This document shows positions 61,001 to 64,000 of a stretch of DNA of 64,000 bases, in pieces. The DNA lies in NCBI RefSeq assembly GCF_963921235.1, contig NC_086097.1, positions 210,244,001 through 210,308,000 on the forward strand, read 5' to 3'. Made by a program: the position numbers and the translations under genes. The DNA is from Mobula hypostoma. Lineage: Eukaryota. Every line of letters begins with the position of its first letter. Position 1 is the stretch's first letter. The notes under the pieces were generated by a model. It worked only from the letters and a program-made list of their open reading frames with translations, was not told the DNA's origin and did no database searches.

Positions 61001-63704
61001 GTTTGTGAGAATTTTGGCCACCAGCTGAACTTGCCTGTGAAGACTTGATTCTATGAAGTGAAAGGAACCAAATGTGCAGAGGTGAGTACAACTGGGAGCT
61101 AATATTCCAACCTCATTTAGTACTAACAACCTGCATTCAAAGTAATGGGGTCTGGTCAACATAGGCTCAAGACTAATGAGTTCCATTGCAGCATATAGAA
61201 AGAAAAATCCATTTACGTGAGCTGAAATAAATTTGTATCTCATTAGATTGAAAACATTTTTGGTCAATGAATATTTCAAATACTGGGTCAACAGGTAATA
61301 ACTAAATGCAAAATTGTGGAAGAAACCAAAATCTAACATGACATAACCAAAGCAGTAAAGTAACATATCAATTGCTATTAATTCTTATGAGGAATGCAGA
61401 GACCAAATATAGATCTGATGTAAAATATCATGCAAATCACAGCTAAACAATTTCTTTGGTACTTCCCTATATTCCACCTTTTTGGGCACCATTTATTTTA
61501 GTTTAGCAGTGTTCCACAAGCTGATATATTCAAACAGCCCATGTGACAAAAGCACAACCAATTTCAAAGCATTTATGTAGATTACAAACCAAGCAACCTT
61601 TTAGATACTCTGGTAGACCTGACCAATTTTACATAAACATTGACCTATCTGCTTTCTCTACATCAGATGGAGTTTCCAGTATTTTGCTTCTATTTGACTT
61701 CCAATACTTAAAATTTTATTCACCTATCTTAAGTTTGTTTGAATTTCAATATAAAACCTTTGGTATCATCTTACAGCTAACCAGTAATTTCGATTGTAAC
61801 ACATTCTTCTGACTGTTTTACTAAAACTGCTTTGACTACTTCTGACTTACTCTACTAAATTCAAAGTCCTATTTGTCAGCTGGTTACAGGGATTGAATAG
61901 CTAATTAAATCAAGTTCACAGACCTTATAAATTTTTGTATGAACAAATGACATTCACATAGTCTGAATAGTACAATGCAACAAATAGTATTCCTCAAAAT
62001 ACTGCTCAAAATTAATTGAACTCTGCCATTTAAAACCAAATTAATAATTCCTTAATATGTCTATTTGAACTAACGTATAGTTGAAACACATACAGAAAAC
62101 AAAAAAAAGATTAACCTTAAATTTTGTTTCTCTCTCCACAGATGTTGCCTGGCCTGCTGAGTATTTTCATTATTTTCTATTTTTAATATAAGAAAAGGCT
62201 CAGTAAATACAATTGGTTTCAGCTGAAAACAGATGAAGATTTCAGATCAAAATAAATCTCAAGATGTCAATTTCTTTTACCTGCTAAATTATTACAATTT
62301 CATATATTTTCAATTTTATAAATGATATAATCAATTTGAACAGTACAAAATGCACACATGGAAGTGAATTAGTAAAATGGTTCAGGAAAACAAGGAAATA
62401 TCTGAAGGAATTAGTCCAAAGCAGATGGAATAATTTCAGGTTAGGAGCAGACTATTGCACAAAGATGGGGCAAAATGTTATCTTAATGAGAAAATTGTTT
62501 TTCAACACATACTACTTAGCTAATTGTTTGCTACTTGTGACAATGATGGCTTAACCAATACTCAAAATTATTTAAGAATTTGGTTAACAAAACAAATAGA
62601 AATGCAAGTTAAATTTTTATCAGAATATTTATTACCCCTTACCAATTATTTCTTCACCTCTTAAGGCTGTGCTTCCTTTTTGGAACTTGGGTGTTACTTA
62701 AACTGTTTTACTTTGAGGACAAATTCCACATATGTTGGATATAATCAATAATCTAATAGATGAAATTGTACAATAAGATCAAAATGAAAAAGTATATGTG
62801 GCTTTTATTCATATATCTAATTCAGAAGTTTAATTCATAATCTATTATCAATAATCTTCATTAAATGACACATAGAACTTAAGGTTAATATAATCAATTT
62901 AAATTAGAAAGAAAAACTCATTTATACTGCCACTCTATCACAAGAATTTGAAAATTAATGTAGGAATCATGTATTCTGTGTTCCATATTTTTGAAGCTAC
63001 AGAATCAAATCTGATGGGAAGTTTATTTTTTATAGAAGTTTTCACCAGGAACTTTGTTAAGAAAACCCTCAGCATTTTTCTAAATAAAATAAATGGATTA
63101 TATATAAAACCAATTTTGGTGCATTAATATGGCCAGAGTTCAAAAATTTTTTGGTGTTCCAGCATTTTTAAATGCAAAAATGCATCCTCAAAACAGCCAC
63201 GAAGTGAAACTGTGCAAAATTATTAAACAGAGCAGCAATCTTTTCAAAAACTGAATACAGTTTGTTTAAAAGATATAAAGCACTGTGAATTTTGCAGTTG
63301 CTATCTGATATATGAATCTGAAAGACTGATTATTGGTGTCAGTACAGCCTAAAATTAGAACACAACAATCATTGCAATGAAAGGGTTCAGGGCTGTGGCA
63401 TTTTGTATCAATTCTTATTGTAAACACCTAGGCCGTCAGTGAGTCTATTATTGATGATCTAGACTCAAATTTACTCTCAATGTCTATTATTAGAAATCAA
63501 CTGCTAAATAGAATGTTCCTATTATGACCACAAATAAACAGTATTGTACATTTTTTCTCCTGGCTTTGTTTGCCTGTGGTGGTCATTCACAAAGCAGCAC
63601 TGTTGTTACAACCAGAGAGTTACAGTCCAATTCCTTAATGTTTCATCAGGATAATCACTTTTACAATATTTGGAAAAGGAAATGGTTAAGAAATATCACA
63701 CTAT
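55030..63704 (-). other. Inferred PLAG1 3'UTR (~8.7 kb), distal AATAAA at 55056-55051
   Basis: Follows the PLAG1 stop codon; distal 3 kb is AU-rich, lacks recognisable TEs, carries many miRNA seed matches and ends at AATAAA. The true end is not proven. Confidence 0.6.
59940..60182 (+). mobile_element. LINE 3'UTR fragment with (GATTCT)n tail (Rex-like) inside the PLAG1 3'UTR
   Basis: ATTAAACCTGATTCTTATTCGGATTCTGA tail. Confidence 0.55.
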
Positions 63705-64000
63705 CTACTGAAAAGCCTGATGAAAACGTGGCAGGGTTGTTGTGCTTAAACTAGTAGTGAAAACTGTAGATAAGGGATGGAGAGCATTGAGACCAATGCT
63801 GTTGCCAGTTTCATGTGAATCCTGGTACTGGGGTGGGAGAGGAATTAAGGATGTATGAGGCTCCTCTTGGGTATAACACATACCAGAATTGCCAGAAGAA
63901 ACTGGCTGATTGTATGAAGAGTTATTTAAAGGTATGAAACTTAATAACTGAGAAAAGTCTGCTGATGATGTATTTAGAGGTTCACTGAGGAGTGCTGGGC
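63705..64000 (-). CDS. PLAG1: PLAG1 last exon, C-terminal transactivation region (partial; continues beyond window)
   Basis: Hand translation ...PALLSEPLNTSSADFSQLLSFIPLNNSSYNQPVSSGNSGMCYTQEEPH...STTTLPRFHQAFQ*; LPRFHQAFQ is the PLAG-family C-terminus; synteny with MOS/RPS20 indicates PLAG1. Confidence 0.93.
   Translation of the reverse strand, partial: PALLSEPLNTSSADFSQLLSFIPLNNSSYNQPVSSGNSGMCYTQEEPHTSLIPLPPQYQDSHETGNSIGLNALHPLSTVFTTSLSTTTLPRFHQAFQ

Overview
Vertebrate genomic DNA, most likely a cartilaginous fish (ray/shark-type CR1, Penelope and V-SINE repertoire), covering the conserved RPS20-MOS-PLAG1 synteny block. All three genes lie on the minus strand: a complete 4-exon RPS20 (119 aa, 5'TOP) with intronic SNORD54; the intronless MOS kinase; and the last ~98 codons of PLAG1 (missed by the ORF track) with an inferred ~8.7 kb 3'UTR. 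The intergenic DNA is dense in transposable elements: an intact two-ORF CR1 LINE, a near-identical inverted 5'-truncated copy, older CR1s, Rex1/Babar, RTE, HERO (RLE), Penelope with hammerhead-ribozyme remnants, Tc1, a mariner MITE, Tigger/pogo elements and SINEs. Most notable observation: CR1 ORF2 has no usable AUG, but ORF1 ends in a correctly phased U_UUA_AAC slippery heptamer immediately before its stop codon. A -1 slip there enters ORF2, and the same motif is retained in a divergent CR1 family elsewhere in the window. This suggests programmed -1 ribosomal frameshifting to an ORF1-ORF2 fusion in a LINE.
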